In this document: positions 16,626 to 26,225 of the stretch, in pieces
How the letters are laid out: each line of letters starts with the position of its first letter
Position numbering within the stretch: position 1 is the first letter of the stretch
DNA from: Vicinamibacteria bacterium
GTDB lineage: Bacteria; Acidobacteriota; Vicinamibacteria; Vicinamibacterales; JAENWD01
Assembly: GCA_963800785.1 (NCBI GenBank)
Contig: CAWDCH010000019.1
Coordinates: 4,790 to 68,789 of the forward strand
DNA: 64,000 nt
Reading direction: 5' to 3'
Program-made: the position numbers and the translations under genes
The notes under the pieces: model-generated
What the model was told of the DNA's origin: nothing
The model's input: the letters and a program-made list of their open reading frames with translations, nothing else
The model's database searches: none

Positions 16626-17687
16626 TCACGCCCCAACCGCCACCGGCCACGTGCCAAGCTCCTCCGCGAGCGCCAATAGGTCGCGGTGAATGAGCTTCCA
16701 TGGCTGGTCGAGGTTAAGGCTTCGCACCAGCACCATGTGCCCTCCAAGCTCGTAGTGGAGAGGTTGGCCAGGGCCCAGACCCGCATAGAGAAGAACGCCC
16801 AGTGGCGCAGAGCCTGTGGACCAAGCGTGGTGCGTGAGATAGGTCAATAGCTGATAGAGATGCTCTGAGATCAGCTTCGGAGCGCCTTCGGTCCGTTTTT
16901 GCAGCGCCTCGGCGTAACACTTGGTCTCGACGATGATCGTTTGGCCCGGGCGGGCGAGCGAGATGTCGGTCTGCATGTCTGGCAACCATCGCGGGTCTGA
17001 ACTCGCGGCCCCTGCCACAGCCCAAGGCACCTTCGGCCGTGCGACGCTGAATTGACGTTGTTCACGCATCAGGAAGTTCCTGACGAATGCCTCGAACAAC
17101 GTGCCCATTTGCTGATCGCTGGACGTAAAGCTGCGGAACACTTTGCCTCGGCCCGCCTGTTCCGGCAGCAGGCAACCGGCCACTAATCTGGCAACCTCGA
17201 TCAGGAAGGCGTACCGCACGAGATTCTGGCTAAGCTGGACACCTCGGAATGCTGCGGGGCTGAGCTCAACATCAGACACATCGTCCAGGCGACGGCACAG
17301 GTCCTTGATGTCCAGCCCCAAATCGCGGTCAATACCCGGCAGCCTAGCCAGCTCGCGCATGGCAGACTTGAGGACACGATTGTGTGGAACGTCGTAGCTC
17401 AACTCGTCTGTGCGGCACGCGACGCGCCCTTGCTGCAACAGTAGCCGCTGGGCCGTTTCGACGAGCAGAACCTTGCCTCTCAGCTGTCTCCCTTCCTGCT
17501 CCACCGGTAGATAGCCGCGATCGAGTCCGCGGCGCATCAAATGAGATACACCGGCGTGCAGTACCTTGCCCAGCAGGTTCTCGATCCGATCGCCTGACAG
17601 TGCGCCGACGTCGACGGTATCTAGCGCATCGAGCCTGTCCCACGCGTAGCACAGGAGGTAATAGACGTTCTGAATCGGAACGGCCAT
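16626..17687 (-). CDS. mcrC: McrC-family restriction subunit (PD-(D/E)xK nuclease)
   Basis: 353 aa, with N-terminus MAVPIQNVYYLLCYAWD, then ...LFEAFVRNFL... and the nuclease core DMQTDISL...TIIVETKCY (D...ExK). It lies 3 nt downstream of mcrB. Confidence 0.85.
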   Translation of the reverse strand: MAVPIQNVYYLLCYAWDRLDALDTVDVGALSGDRIENLLGKVLHAGVSHLMRRGLDRGYLPVEQEGRQLRGKVLLVETAQRLLLQQGRVACRTDELSYDVPHNRVLKSAMRELARLPGIDRDLGLDIKDLCRRLDDVSDVELSPAAFRGVQLSQNLVRYAFLIEVARLVAGCLLPEQAGRGKVFRSFTSSDQQMGTLFEAFVRNFLMREQRQFSVARPKVPWAVAGAASSDPRWLPDMQTDISLARPGQTIIVETKCYAEALQKRTEGAPKLISEHLYQLLTYLTHHAWSTGSAPLGVLLYAGLGPGQPLHYELGGHMVLVRSLNLDQPWKLIHRDLLALAEELGTWPVAVGA

Positions 17688-17690
17688 GGC

Positions 17691-19108
17691 TTACGGCTCT
17701 AATAGCCGCTCCTCCTCAGCGTCGGCTTTGGTCCGGTCGTCAAACCAGTACTCGCGCAACAAGGGCGCCAGCTCCGTTCTGACGACGCGTCGGTACCACT
17801 CGTGTTCGCCCAAATCAGCCGGCTTTTGACAGAAGTAACTGTGCCCAATGCAGAACCCGGCGCCGAGGGTCCGGTCTTCGGTGATGGTGGCGTTGAGGCG
17901 GTTCAGTCGTGAGCGTATCCGAGTCGCAAACGCATCCGTAACACCAAGTTGCTTCAGTCGGCTCGGAGAAACCTGGCGACGACAGGCCGGGGGCCAAGTC
18001 GAGGAAGACAAACCTACGTCGAAGCGCGTAGTCCACCATGGCGAGCGACCGATCGGCCGTGTTCATCGTGCCAATGATGTGGAGGTTCTTCGGTACGAAG
18101 AACTTCTCATCGCCCAGTCGAGCGTAGGTCAATTCCGTCTGCCACTTGTCGCTGCGTTTGTCCGCTTCGATCAACAGCAGCAGCTCACCAAAGATCTTGC
18201 TCAGATTGCCTCGGTTGATCTCGTCAATGATGAACACATACTCCTGCGCCGGGTCCTGCAGCGCTTCATCGCAGAATCGCAGGAACGTGCCGTCCATGCG
18301 CTCAAACTGCCCCTTGGCATTGGGGCGGTAGCCTTGGACGAAGTCTTCGTAGGAATACGCCTGATGGAACTGCACGAGGCTGACTCGCGTCGCGTCCTGT
18401 TCGCCCATTAGGAGGTAGGCCAGGTGCTTAGCGAAGAACGTCTTCCCAACGCCTGGTGGCCCTTGCAGGATCAGGTTTTTCTTATAGCGCAATAGGTCGA
18501 TCGCGTCTTCGATTTGCTGCTGAGGAGCGAAGAGGTCTTCCAGTGCGTGGTCAAGGGTGTAGACGGTACGGAGCTTTGGAGGCAACTCCTCAGGTCCCTC
18601 GCCGCCTGTGCCAACGGCCAGCTTGAGGTCGGCCACCAGCTGCGGATACTTCCCGACATCGGTCAGCGTCTTGGTCACCAACGCCTTCTCGCGCGGCACC
18701 CAGCTCCCCCGCTTCTTCCACTCAACCGTTCGTACGTTGGGGTAATCGCCGCGTTCCGGCTCGTGCCGATATTCACCCGTCACGACACCGTACCCGACGA
18801 TCTCGCGTCTGCCTTTCTTGGCATACACGAGGTCGCCGACCTGCATCTCGTGGACGAACTGGTAGCAGGCATAGGCATCCTGGACCGGGCTGACATCCCC
18901 GCCACGGTGAGCCTGCAGAGCCGCTTTGACCGACGCGAGGTCACCATACTGAGAAAGGTCTCCGACCTCTGGCCACCCGATCCCAATCACGCCTTCCTTG
19001 TAGAACTCGTTCGAACATCTGTGCGCGCGGACCGGGCGCCACCAACCAGACTCGCGGACGGTCGCTCTGGGGTTCCTGCTCCTCGCCTTCCTCAGAATCG
19101 CCACCCAT
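17691..19108 (-). pseudogene. mcrB: McrB-family AAA+ GTPase with PUA/EVE-like reader module, frameshifted
   Basis: AAA+ core: LILQGPPGVGKTF, VFIIDEINRGNLSKIFGELL, IGTMNTADRS, ALRRRF. The C-terminus continues in another frame (17691..18011: RLKQLGVTDAFATRIRSRLNRLNATI...FCIGHSYF) after a G5/C5 run at 17989-17993. The N-terminal RVWLVAPG / NEFYKEGVIGIGWPEVGDLS segment is split near 19011-19016. Confidence 0.8.
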
Positions 19109-19130
19109 ACCTACACCGCGTGCTTCCCCG

Positions 19131-20259
19131 CTATGCAGGCGGTCGCACAAGTGCTCGAGCGTCAGGAACGAGACCCCGAGCGCCTTGGCCAGAGACGCGA
19201 AGACATTGACGAATGCGACATAGCCGTCCCCGCCTCGCAAGTGCCGGCTCGAGCAGGCCATCTTCCTGCAGCGCCTTGCGCGCCGATTGGAAGAAGGTTG
19301 GCCACATTTCCGAGTCCTGGGCATTCCAGCACGCACTGAGGAAGAACGGGGCATTCGCAGATCTCAACGCATTCGACGCCAATCCTCCCGACTCCAGCTG
19401 CTGGTCAAGAAATTGAACCACTTCGTCGATCTTTGTCCGCGCGTCATCCGTGGAGACAGGTGCCCTGACGGCTGCACGCATGATCCGCTCAGCTGCTTCC
19501 TGGTCAGGAACATTCTTGGCGACCTGATTGAGGAACATTGCTCCGGCTGGCCCTTTCAGGCCGAGCACTTCCCACTCAACCCGCGTCTTCGAGTCAAACT
19601 GCTCTTTGAAGTCCGCGAGTGACGTCTGGCCACTGGCGAATGCTCCAACCAAATCCTTCAGTGCCGGGTTCACCTCCATGCGTCGCTTGTCGCGGAGGCG
19701 ATGCCGCTCGAGGTATTCGGAGTCTTCGTCCGCAGCTTGGAGGTATGTCCGCCATCGGTCAACATCGTTGGGCAAAATGGCTGGCGGTGCTTCACCTCTC
19801 TTGGCACCTTCAACGCGTTGGCTCCACAACAGCTCCAGTTCCTGAGCCACTTCGGAAGGAATCCTGACGCCCGACATCTGCGTGTCCCATTTGTAGCCGG
19901 CGAACTGCTTTCCCTCCAGTTCAGCACGCCGGATCAGTGGCAACCGCACAAGGACATCAAACCGGATGGGCACGCGGTTCATCCTGTCGCCAGCGGCCCT
20001 TCGCTCAGGCTGCCAGTGTTCCTGATCCGCGACCTCACCGGTCGTGTAACCAGATCCAACGATTCCCCTTGGGTCAACGCCGAGCCTGATCAAGAACACC
20101 CTACTGCCGACAGGGATGCTTTCTGACGCTGCCGGTGGACCACCAACTCGAGACTCCGCCCTTCTCCGCGACCTCCCCGATCTCCTGGTCAAGTCGATCC
20201 CAGGCGAAGTTCTTCGGATTCCAGGCGAGTAGATATGTGGGTGGCGATTCGTTCGTCAT
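19131..20259 (-). pseudogene. N-terminal extension of the McrB gene: EVE/PUA-like domain plus helical region, frameshifted
   Basis: ATG 20259 gives MTNESPPTYLLAWNPKNFAWDRLDQEI...WWSTGSVR. It switches frame near 20120 to IPVGSRVFLIRLGVDPRGIVGSGYTTGEV (EVE-like). A further shift at a C4 run (19228-19231) leads to GDGYVAFVNVFASLAKALGVSFLTLEHL, which runs without a stop into the McrB segment. Confidence 0.55.
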
Positions 20260-20530
20260 GCGTTTTCCGATACGTTACCAGTTCAACAGAGTGAATCGTC
20301 CCGAGTTTATCGGAGAGCTTCTACCGTGGGCTCAAACAACGATGCCCCGATTTCAACTGGTCGTTGTGATGCTGACGCGTATCCAACCGTCAGGGCCAGA
20401 ATCCAAACTGCTCGCACCATGATGCGGGATATATGCCTCGTCCGCCGACGGAATACACGGCGCTGCAGGTTGTTGGTGAGGGCAGGAAGCCTAGCCCCTG
20501 CCTGTCAGGCTAAGCCGACGCTCCCCGTCG

Positions 20531-20722
20531 CTATCGCCGCTTGCGCGCTGCTCGCGATGCTGCCGCAGCGGCGCTTGCCTTCTTCGCCCGATCCACGCGC
20601 TGTTTGGGCGTCATCTTCGCAGCCGCCTTCTTTCCGCCGGCGCTGCCTCCGAGCTTCCCGCCTCGCGCACCTTCGCGTCGAAAGAACTCGAGCACTTCCG
20701 CCGGAAGTTTGGCTTTTGTCAT
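20531..20722 (-). CDS. small basic Ala/Lys/Arg-rich protein, paralogue of 15779..15970
   Basis: MTKAKLPAEVLEFFRREGARGGKLGGSAGGKKAAAKMTPKQRVDRAKKASAAAAASRAARKRR. Divergent from the integrase gene. Confidence 0.5.
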   Translation of the reverse strand: MTKAKLPAEVLEFFRREGARGGKLGGSAGGKKAAAKMTPKQRVDRAKKASAAAAASRAARKRR

Positions 20723-20753
20723 ACGGCTCTAGCTTACATGCCCTGAAACGCAA

Positions 20754-20782
20754 TTGACCTAAAAGGGGGTCTAAGATACGAT
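20754..20782 (+). promoter_or_regulatory. sigma70-like promoter for the integrase gene
   Basis: TTGACC (20754-20759), a 17-nt spacer, then TACGAT (20777-20782). AAGGGGGAA RBS and ATG at 20802. Confidence 0.4.
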
Positions 20783-20801
20783 ACGTGAAAGGGGGAACGC
20801 A

Positions 20802-22019
20802 ATGATCTACAAGCGAGGCGGCAAGTGGCACATGGACGTGACAATTTGCGGCGTGCGGTACCGCGAGGCATTGCACACGACAGACCGCCGAGAGGCACTG
20901 GCGCTCGAGAAAAAGCGAGTGGCTGAAATCCAGGCCGGAAAGGGAGCGTCGAAGAGCGGACGGGATTTCGCCCGATTGCCCTTCGATGTTGCCGCAGACC
21001 GTTTCACCGAGGAGCGCCGCGTAATGGTGTCCGCTCGCACGCTGCAACTTGACCGGGAACGGCTGAAACCGTTGAAGGCCTTCTTCGGTAGCACACTCCT
21101 TCTTCGAATAAAGGCCGGCGAAATCGCGGCCTATCAGCGCACCCGTCTTGTCGGTTCCATCACGCTACGTCGCTCGGGAACCGCGCGGGGCGTGTCTAAC
21201 CGCACGGTGAACATGGAGACTACCGTGCTCCGGCAGATGCTGCGGCGCGCCAAGGTGTGGTCGGTCGTGGCAGACGATGTCCGACACTTGCCGGAACGTC
21301 GCACGGCAGTCGGTCGCGTTCTGACCGCGGACCAGAAACAACTCTTGTTCCAAATCGCCGGCAGCAGGCCGGCCTGGGATGTCGCCTGCTGCGCCGCCGT
21401 GCTTGCTGTATCGACGACCTGCCGAGGTGTCGAGCTAAAGAATCTGAAGTGGGGCGATGTTGATTGGCTGGACCGCACCGTTAACATCCGACGGTCCAAA
21501 ACTGATGCGGGCAATCGGAAAATTCCCCTGAACGCGGATGCAATCGCTGCCCTTGCTCGGTTGCGTGACCGAGCGGAAGCGAATGCCGCATCGCGGTCTG
21601 AGCACTTCATATTTCCAGCTTGTGAGAATGGACGTCTGAACCCGTACGCGAATCAGAAAACGTGGCGCACTGCTTGGCGTTCACTTGTGAGAGCGGCGGC
21701 AGCGGCAGCGGGTGCGCGAGCTGCGAAAGAAGCGATCGCGGCCGGCCACGATTCCGGCGAGGCGTACCGATCCGCGGCGCTCTCATTCCAAGGACTGCGG
21801 TTCCACGATCTGCGCCATCAGGCGATCACGGAATTGGCTGAAGGCGGCGCGTCGGATGCCACGCTGATGGCTTTAGCGGGCCATCTTAGCCGCGAGATGA
21901 TGGAGCACTATTCGCACGTCCGGATGGCTGCAAAGCGTTCTGCTGTGGAAACGTTAACCGTCGGGTTTTGCGACGTCCAAGCTGACTCGGCCGCCGGCGC
22001 AGCGGATAGTGTTCACTAA
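20802..22019 (+). CDS. tyrosine integrase (phage-integrase family)
   Basis: 405 aa. N-terminal arm-type region MIYKRGGKWHMDVTICGVRYREAL. Catalytic region TTCRGVELKNLKWGDVD..., IRRSKTDAGNRKIPL, FHDLRHQAITELAE, LAGHLSREMMEHYSHV. Confidence 0.9.
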   Translation: MIYKRGGKWHMDVTICGVRYREALHTTDRREALALEKKRVAEIQAGKGASKSGRDFARLPFDVAADRFTEERRVMVSARTLQLDRERLKPLKAFFGSTLLLRIKAGEIAAYQRTRLVGSITLRRSGTARGVSNRTVNMETTVLRQMLRRAKVWSVVADDVRHLPERRTAVGRVLTADQKQLLFQIAGSRPAWDVACCAAVLAVSTTCRGVELKNLKWGDVDWLDRTVNIRRSKTDAGNRKIPLNADAIAALARLRDRAEANAASRSEHFIFPACENGRLNPYANQKTWRTAWRSLVRAAAAAAGARAAKEAIAAGHDSGEAYRSAALSFQGLRFHDLRHQAITELAEGGASDATLMALAGHLSREMMEHYSHVRMAAKRSAVETLTVGFCDVQADSAAGAADSVH

Positions 22020-22107
22020 CCGGCCTCGGCCCTAAACGCGCACCCCAGCATTTCTGTAACTGGTGTCCTTAGAGAACTTCCCCAATAACCATACGGTACC
22101 GCCCCAT

Positions 22108-22136
22108 TTGCCATACCAATATTTTTTGTGTATCAT
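22108..22136 (+). promoter_or_regulatory. near-consensus promoter giving a leaderless transcript for 22143
   Basis: TTGCCA (22108-22113), a 17-nt spacer, then TATCAT (22131-22136). The A of ATG 22143 is the 7th nt after the -10 hexamer. Confidence 0.4.
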
Positions 22137-22142
22137 ACCCGT

Positions 22143-22628
22143 ATGAGCGAGCGCGACAGAATCGCAGAGCTTCAGCGCTGGAAGTTGGAGGCGATGGAGG
22201 AAATGAAGGTAGCGCAAGCGGCACTCGCTGCGGCGCAGCAGCGAGTCGAAGCGTCCCGCGAGCGCCTACACCTTCTGGAACGCCTAGTAGCCGTCGAAGT
22301 CGGCCCCGAGGAGGTCAGCGTTGCGCAAGAAACCTTGATGCAAACGGCTCAGGAACGCAGGCCTGGCTCAGATGATCTTCTCGACGCATGCGAGAGAGTG
22401 ATCCGCGATGCCGGTAGGCCGCTTCACATCAGTGAGCTACATGCCGGAATCCTGAAGAGCGGGATTCCAATTCCTGGGCGCGGAACCGAAGCAAACCTGC
22501 TCGTTCGCCTTCATCGTTCTAACGGCCGGTTCGTTCGGACCGGACGCGGCACGTATGCACCGGTGTCCATGGGGGCCCGGGAAATCAGACCAACTCAGCG
22601 CCGGCGAGTACATGGTCGGAGCGCATAG
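22143..22628 (+). CDS. coiled-coil protein with C-terminal HARE-HTH-like winged helix
   Basis: N-terminal heptad-rich helix (IAELQRWKLEAMEEMKVAQAALAAAQQRVEASRERLHLLERL). The C-terminus PLHISELHAGILKSGIPIPGRGTEANLLVRLHRSNGRFVRTGRGTYAP follows the HARE-HTH pattern. Confidence 0.6.
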   Translation: MSERDRIAELQRWKLEAMEEMKVAQAALAAAQQRVEASRERLHLLERLVAVEVGPEEVSVAQETLMQTAQERRPGSDDLLDACERVIRDAGRPLHISELHAGILKSGIPIPGRGTEANLLVRLHRSNGRFVRTGRGTYAPVSMGAREIRPTQRRRVHGRSA

Positions 22629-23225
22629 TGACAAAAAAACCACGAGTCGACAACCCTGACATCATCCCTTTCGCCTTGCATCAGCTCGGCGGTGCGGGAC
22701 AGTTCTTCGACGTTGAGGACATCTTCCTTCGATGTTTTGAAGTCGCCCCGGAACGCTTCCGGTGGCGGAAGCACTTGATAGCCAACTACAAGACCCTTTC
22801 AAAGGCCTTGCGCGATTTCGAAGACCGACACCCGAATCTTCTGCTGAAGACCGAGGACGGGCTGAGCCGTCAGCTCTCGAAGGAAGGGATTGACTGGTTG
22901 AATTCGCGATTGGAGCTCTTCCGAGCAGTTCTCTCGCAGCCCGGCGCCAACCCGCCGACGCGAAGGCGAGAACAGAAGCTCCTCAACGAATTCGCCAACC
23001 ATCGCTTGGTTAGCGCATTTGAGAAAGGAAGCTTGGAAGCACTCCACAAGGTACGAAGTCGCCGATCTCCTTCTGTGCGCTCCGGACAGTCCGACCAGCG
23101 TGTGGAAGGAGCGTCTTGAAACCTACCGATCCGCCGCAAGTGCGGCAGGGCGGCCCAATCTCGTTGAGTTCCTCGACTATCTACGCAGCAACAAACCCGA
23201 CTGGTTCGGAGGAAACAATGGCTAG
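22628..23225 (+). pseudogene. hypothetical protein, middle gene of the GHKL operon, one frameshift
   Basis: GTG 22628 overlaps the upstream TAG. ORF 22628..23119 and ORF 23019..23225 join sensibly near 23050 (...GSLEALHK / RYEVADLLLCAPDSPTSVWKERLETY...). No motif recognised. Confidence 0.5.
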
Positions 23226-25483
23226 GAGCCAGATGAAGAGCGGCAACATCGACTACACGGGCAGGGCCTTCCATCAGGATGCGACCGATGCCATGCGGGG
23301 CGACATCATTCGTGGACTGATTGAGCTGATCACAAACTCGGACGATGCCTACGTCTCGATGGAAGGCCCGAAGCCGGGGAAGATTACCGTCGAGGTCGAA
23401 CACCGGAGAAACCAGCCGTGGCGCGTCATTGTCCGAGACCGAGCAAAGGGAATGACGACTGCCACCATGGAAAATCGTCTCGCTCGGCTCGGTGGGCGCA
23501 CTTCCGGCTTCGAGTCAGGCGAAAACCGGCGTGGGAATCTCGGGCGTGGAGCTAAGGACCTTGCGGCTTTCGGCAAGGTGACCTTCGAGTCGATCTGTGA
23601 CGGTTACTACGCCAAGTTTGTGCTTCACCCAGACGGCCGATGGGATTCGACCGTGAGCGCAAGGCCACCGAGGACGACCGCGAACGGACCGGGATTGCGC
23701 GTGGCTCGGGAACTGTAGTCTTGGTCGAGGCGGCTGCTGGAATCCGGTGCCCTCAGCACGAAAACCTCTACCGTCGCCTTGTCGGTCATTTCCAGGTTCG
23801 TGACATCTTCAGCGATCCCTCCAGACGTGTCGAGCTGATCAACCTAAATGACAAGTCCACCAAGTCGCTGATCTACGCCTACCCTCGCGCACAGGAGATT
23901 TACAACTCTGAAATCGACGTTCCAGGTTATGGCAGAGTGAAGGCGCGGCTCCGGCTTTGGCGGCTCACGGAGAAATGCGAGGACGGCCCTGAGAATACAG
24001 GCCGGCCGACTGGCATCCTCATCAAGGGCAAGCGTGCGATTTACGACAATACCCTCTTCAAGTACCGAGGGCGACATTCACTCCGGGTGGTTCGCTGGCA
24101 GGGTGGAGTGCGACTACATCGACCGGCTCGCGCGGGAGTACGACGACACGCTTGCGTCTGGACAACCCGTGAACCCGAGCAATCCGATCCCGATTATCTC
24201 GAGGCGTCGTGACGGGCTGAATCCGAATCACCCTTTTTTCATGGCCCTGAAGCAAGCCGTCGAGGGGCCTCTGGGAACTCTGGTAGCGGAGGAAGCTGAG
24301 CGAGCTCGCAGCGAAGCACGTAGCGTCGAGAGCGACGACACTCGGCAAGCTCTTGAGCGCCTCGCGCGAGAGCTCGGTCGATTGGTAACCGAGGAGCTCC
24401 GCGAAATTGAGGCGGAGGACTTGCCGGGAGATGACGTCGGGGAGGCGCCGCTGCTCTCGATCGTGCCGGAGCAGGTGTTCGCATACATGGGCGAGGATCT
24501 GTACGCTGACGGTCGTCGCCCGCAAGGTCGGAATCGCCATCGGTGATGAGGTTCACGTCGAAGTGGACCCAGGGGGCGTTGTAGAGCTGCTGACACCGAC
24601 AGCACCGCTGAAAGTACACGGTCGACGCGAGGACGTTCTCGTGGCGCAGGTCCGCATCCGTCCGTTGATCATGGGCGAGGCCGCGATGATCAGCGCCACC
24701 ATCGGTTCCCGCACAGCTCACGCGCTGCTCGAAGTTAGGCCCCCGCGGGTCATTGTCGAGGAACCGGTGATTCCTCCGGAGACCCTTCAGTTTGAACGGC
24801 CCACGTACCGGATCGGGTGGCAGCGCCAGAAAGAGTTGATCCTTCTTGCTCCGGCCGAAGTTGTTGCGACGATGGGTGAGGACTTACACATTAGTTCTAC
24901 AGACCCTGGAGTCATCATTCGCACGCCGCAGGTGAAGCTGAAATACAACGACGACCTCGACTTCTATCGCGTCGGCGTGCTCGTCGAAGGCCGCGTGCTG
25001 GACGCTGCTGGGCAGGTTATTGCTCGCAAGGGTGATACGGTCGCGGCCACCCAGGTCAAGGTGACTCGCAAAGAGGAAGGGCCGGATTTCCGCATTGAGC
25101 TCTCACAGGAAGAGATGGGGACTTTTCGCGCCATCATCGAGCGCGCGGAAGACGTACAGATCGTGAAGGTCGCCGCACGCCATCCGGCGCTTCTACCGTA
25201 CCTGGGCAACGGCTTTGAGGGGCAGAACTCTCCGATCGTTAGGGGTCTCTTGTCTGAGGCGGTCGCAGATGCGGCGGCGCGGCTCGTGGTCTCCAGGCTC
25301 TACTACCAGCGCCGAAGCACCGAGGCTTTCGATGTGGATCGGTACTACCGCGAGCACTACAAGCGGATGCTCAAGTTCCTGCCACGTTTTCAAAAGGTTC
25401 TTGTCGGTGAGCCGTCTTCAGCTCGCGCGGATATAGCCTTGGCTCCAACAGCGCTCGTGACGTCGCTACCTTCTACGGCGTAA
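23219..25483 (+). pseudogene. GHKL (Bergerat-fold, MORC/MutL-like) ATPase of about 750 aa, three frameshifts
   Basis: ATG 23219 follows GGAGGAAACA. GHKL motifs: IRGLIELITNSDDA (N-box), VIVRDRAKGM (G1) and RRGNLGRGAKDLAAFG (G2). The reading frame moves across ORFs 23116..23718, 23640..24212, 24034..24546 and 24407..25483, with sensible joins near 23645, 24065 and 24495. Confidence 0.75.
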
Positions 25484-25580
25484 CTGGCCCTCGAACAAGC
25501 CCGCCGCCGTGGAGCGCCCCCACTTGAGCACCAGCTGATGTGGCCCATTAGACAATGCGTAGCTCCGGCGTGAGCTCTTG

Positions 25581-26225
25581 CTAAAGAGAAAATTCAGGAT
25601 CGGCTTCCACCCGTTCTTCTACTGCCGACACTGATCCGTGCAGGGCCAAGAGGCTGTCGCCGAAGAATTGCCGACTAATCTGTAATTTGAAGAATTTGCT
25701 GCCGTGAATTTCGCTCGTTTCGACGATCACGTTGGGCGACTTAACGGTGGGAACATGGCCCTCCTTGGGCCAACCTCCAGCATGCGCGATGATATTGCGG
25801 ACGTTGGCAAAGTCGAGGCACTTCTGCTCGCAGTTAGCATTAGCAAACGGGGAACCACCTGTTAGCACCGTGAATAGCCCCTTGAGTTGACGAGCATCAT
25901 GCTCAAATGAAACTCGACGCTGAGCAGCGCTCATGACTTCTGGTGTGCTCATCGCAACGAACCGTTCTGGGTCGCGTTGCCCTTCCGCAAGGTGCAGACG
26001 GACTGCGGGCGCTTTGTAAAAGGTAGCGAGAGCAACAATGCAGAAGAGGTATTCCTCAAAGAACGACTGCACCATCAGGATCGAGCTCTTGTAGAGATAT
26101 TGCCGCTTGGGATCAGCGTCATCGTCCGGGAGATGCGGAGTCACGAGCTTGATGAAATCGACCGCGCCGCTAATCTGAAATTGCGCCCGGGAGATGCATG
26201 CTGACAACTTGTGTTCAGCGGGCAT
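25581..26225 (-). CDS. HEPN-domain protein (R-x4-H motif)
   Basis: 214 aa, all-helical in character, with CLDFANVRNIIAHAGGWP giving R-N-I-I-A-H. Resembles the MAE_28990/RiboL-PSP type of HEPN proteins by eye. Confidence 0.6.
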   Translation of the reverse strand: MPAEHKLSACISRAQFQISGAVDFIKLVTPHLPDDDADPKRQYLYKSSILMVQSFFEEYLFCIVALATFYKAPAVRLHLAEGQRDPERFVAMSTPEVMSAAQRRVSFEHDARQLKGLFTVLTGGSPFANANCEQKCLDFANVRNIIAHAGGWPKEGHVPTVKSPNVIVETSEIHGSKFFKLQISRQFFGDSLLALHGSVSAVEERVEADPEFSL

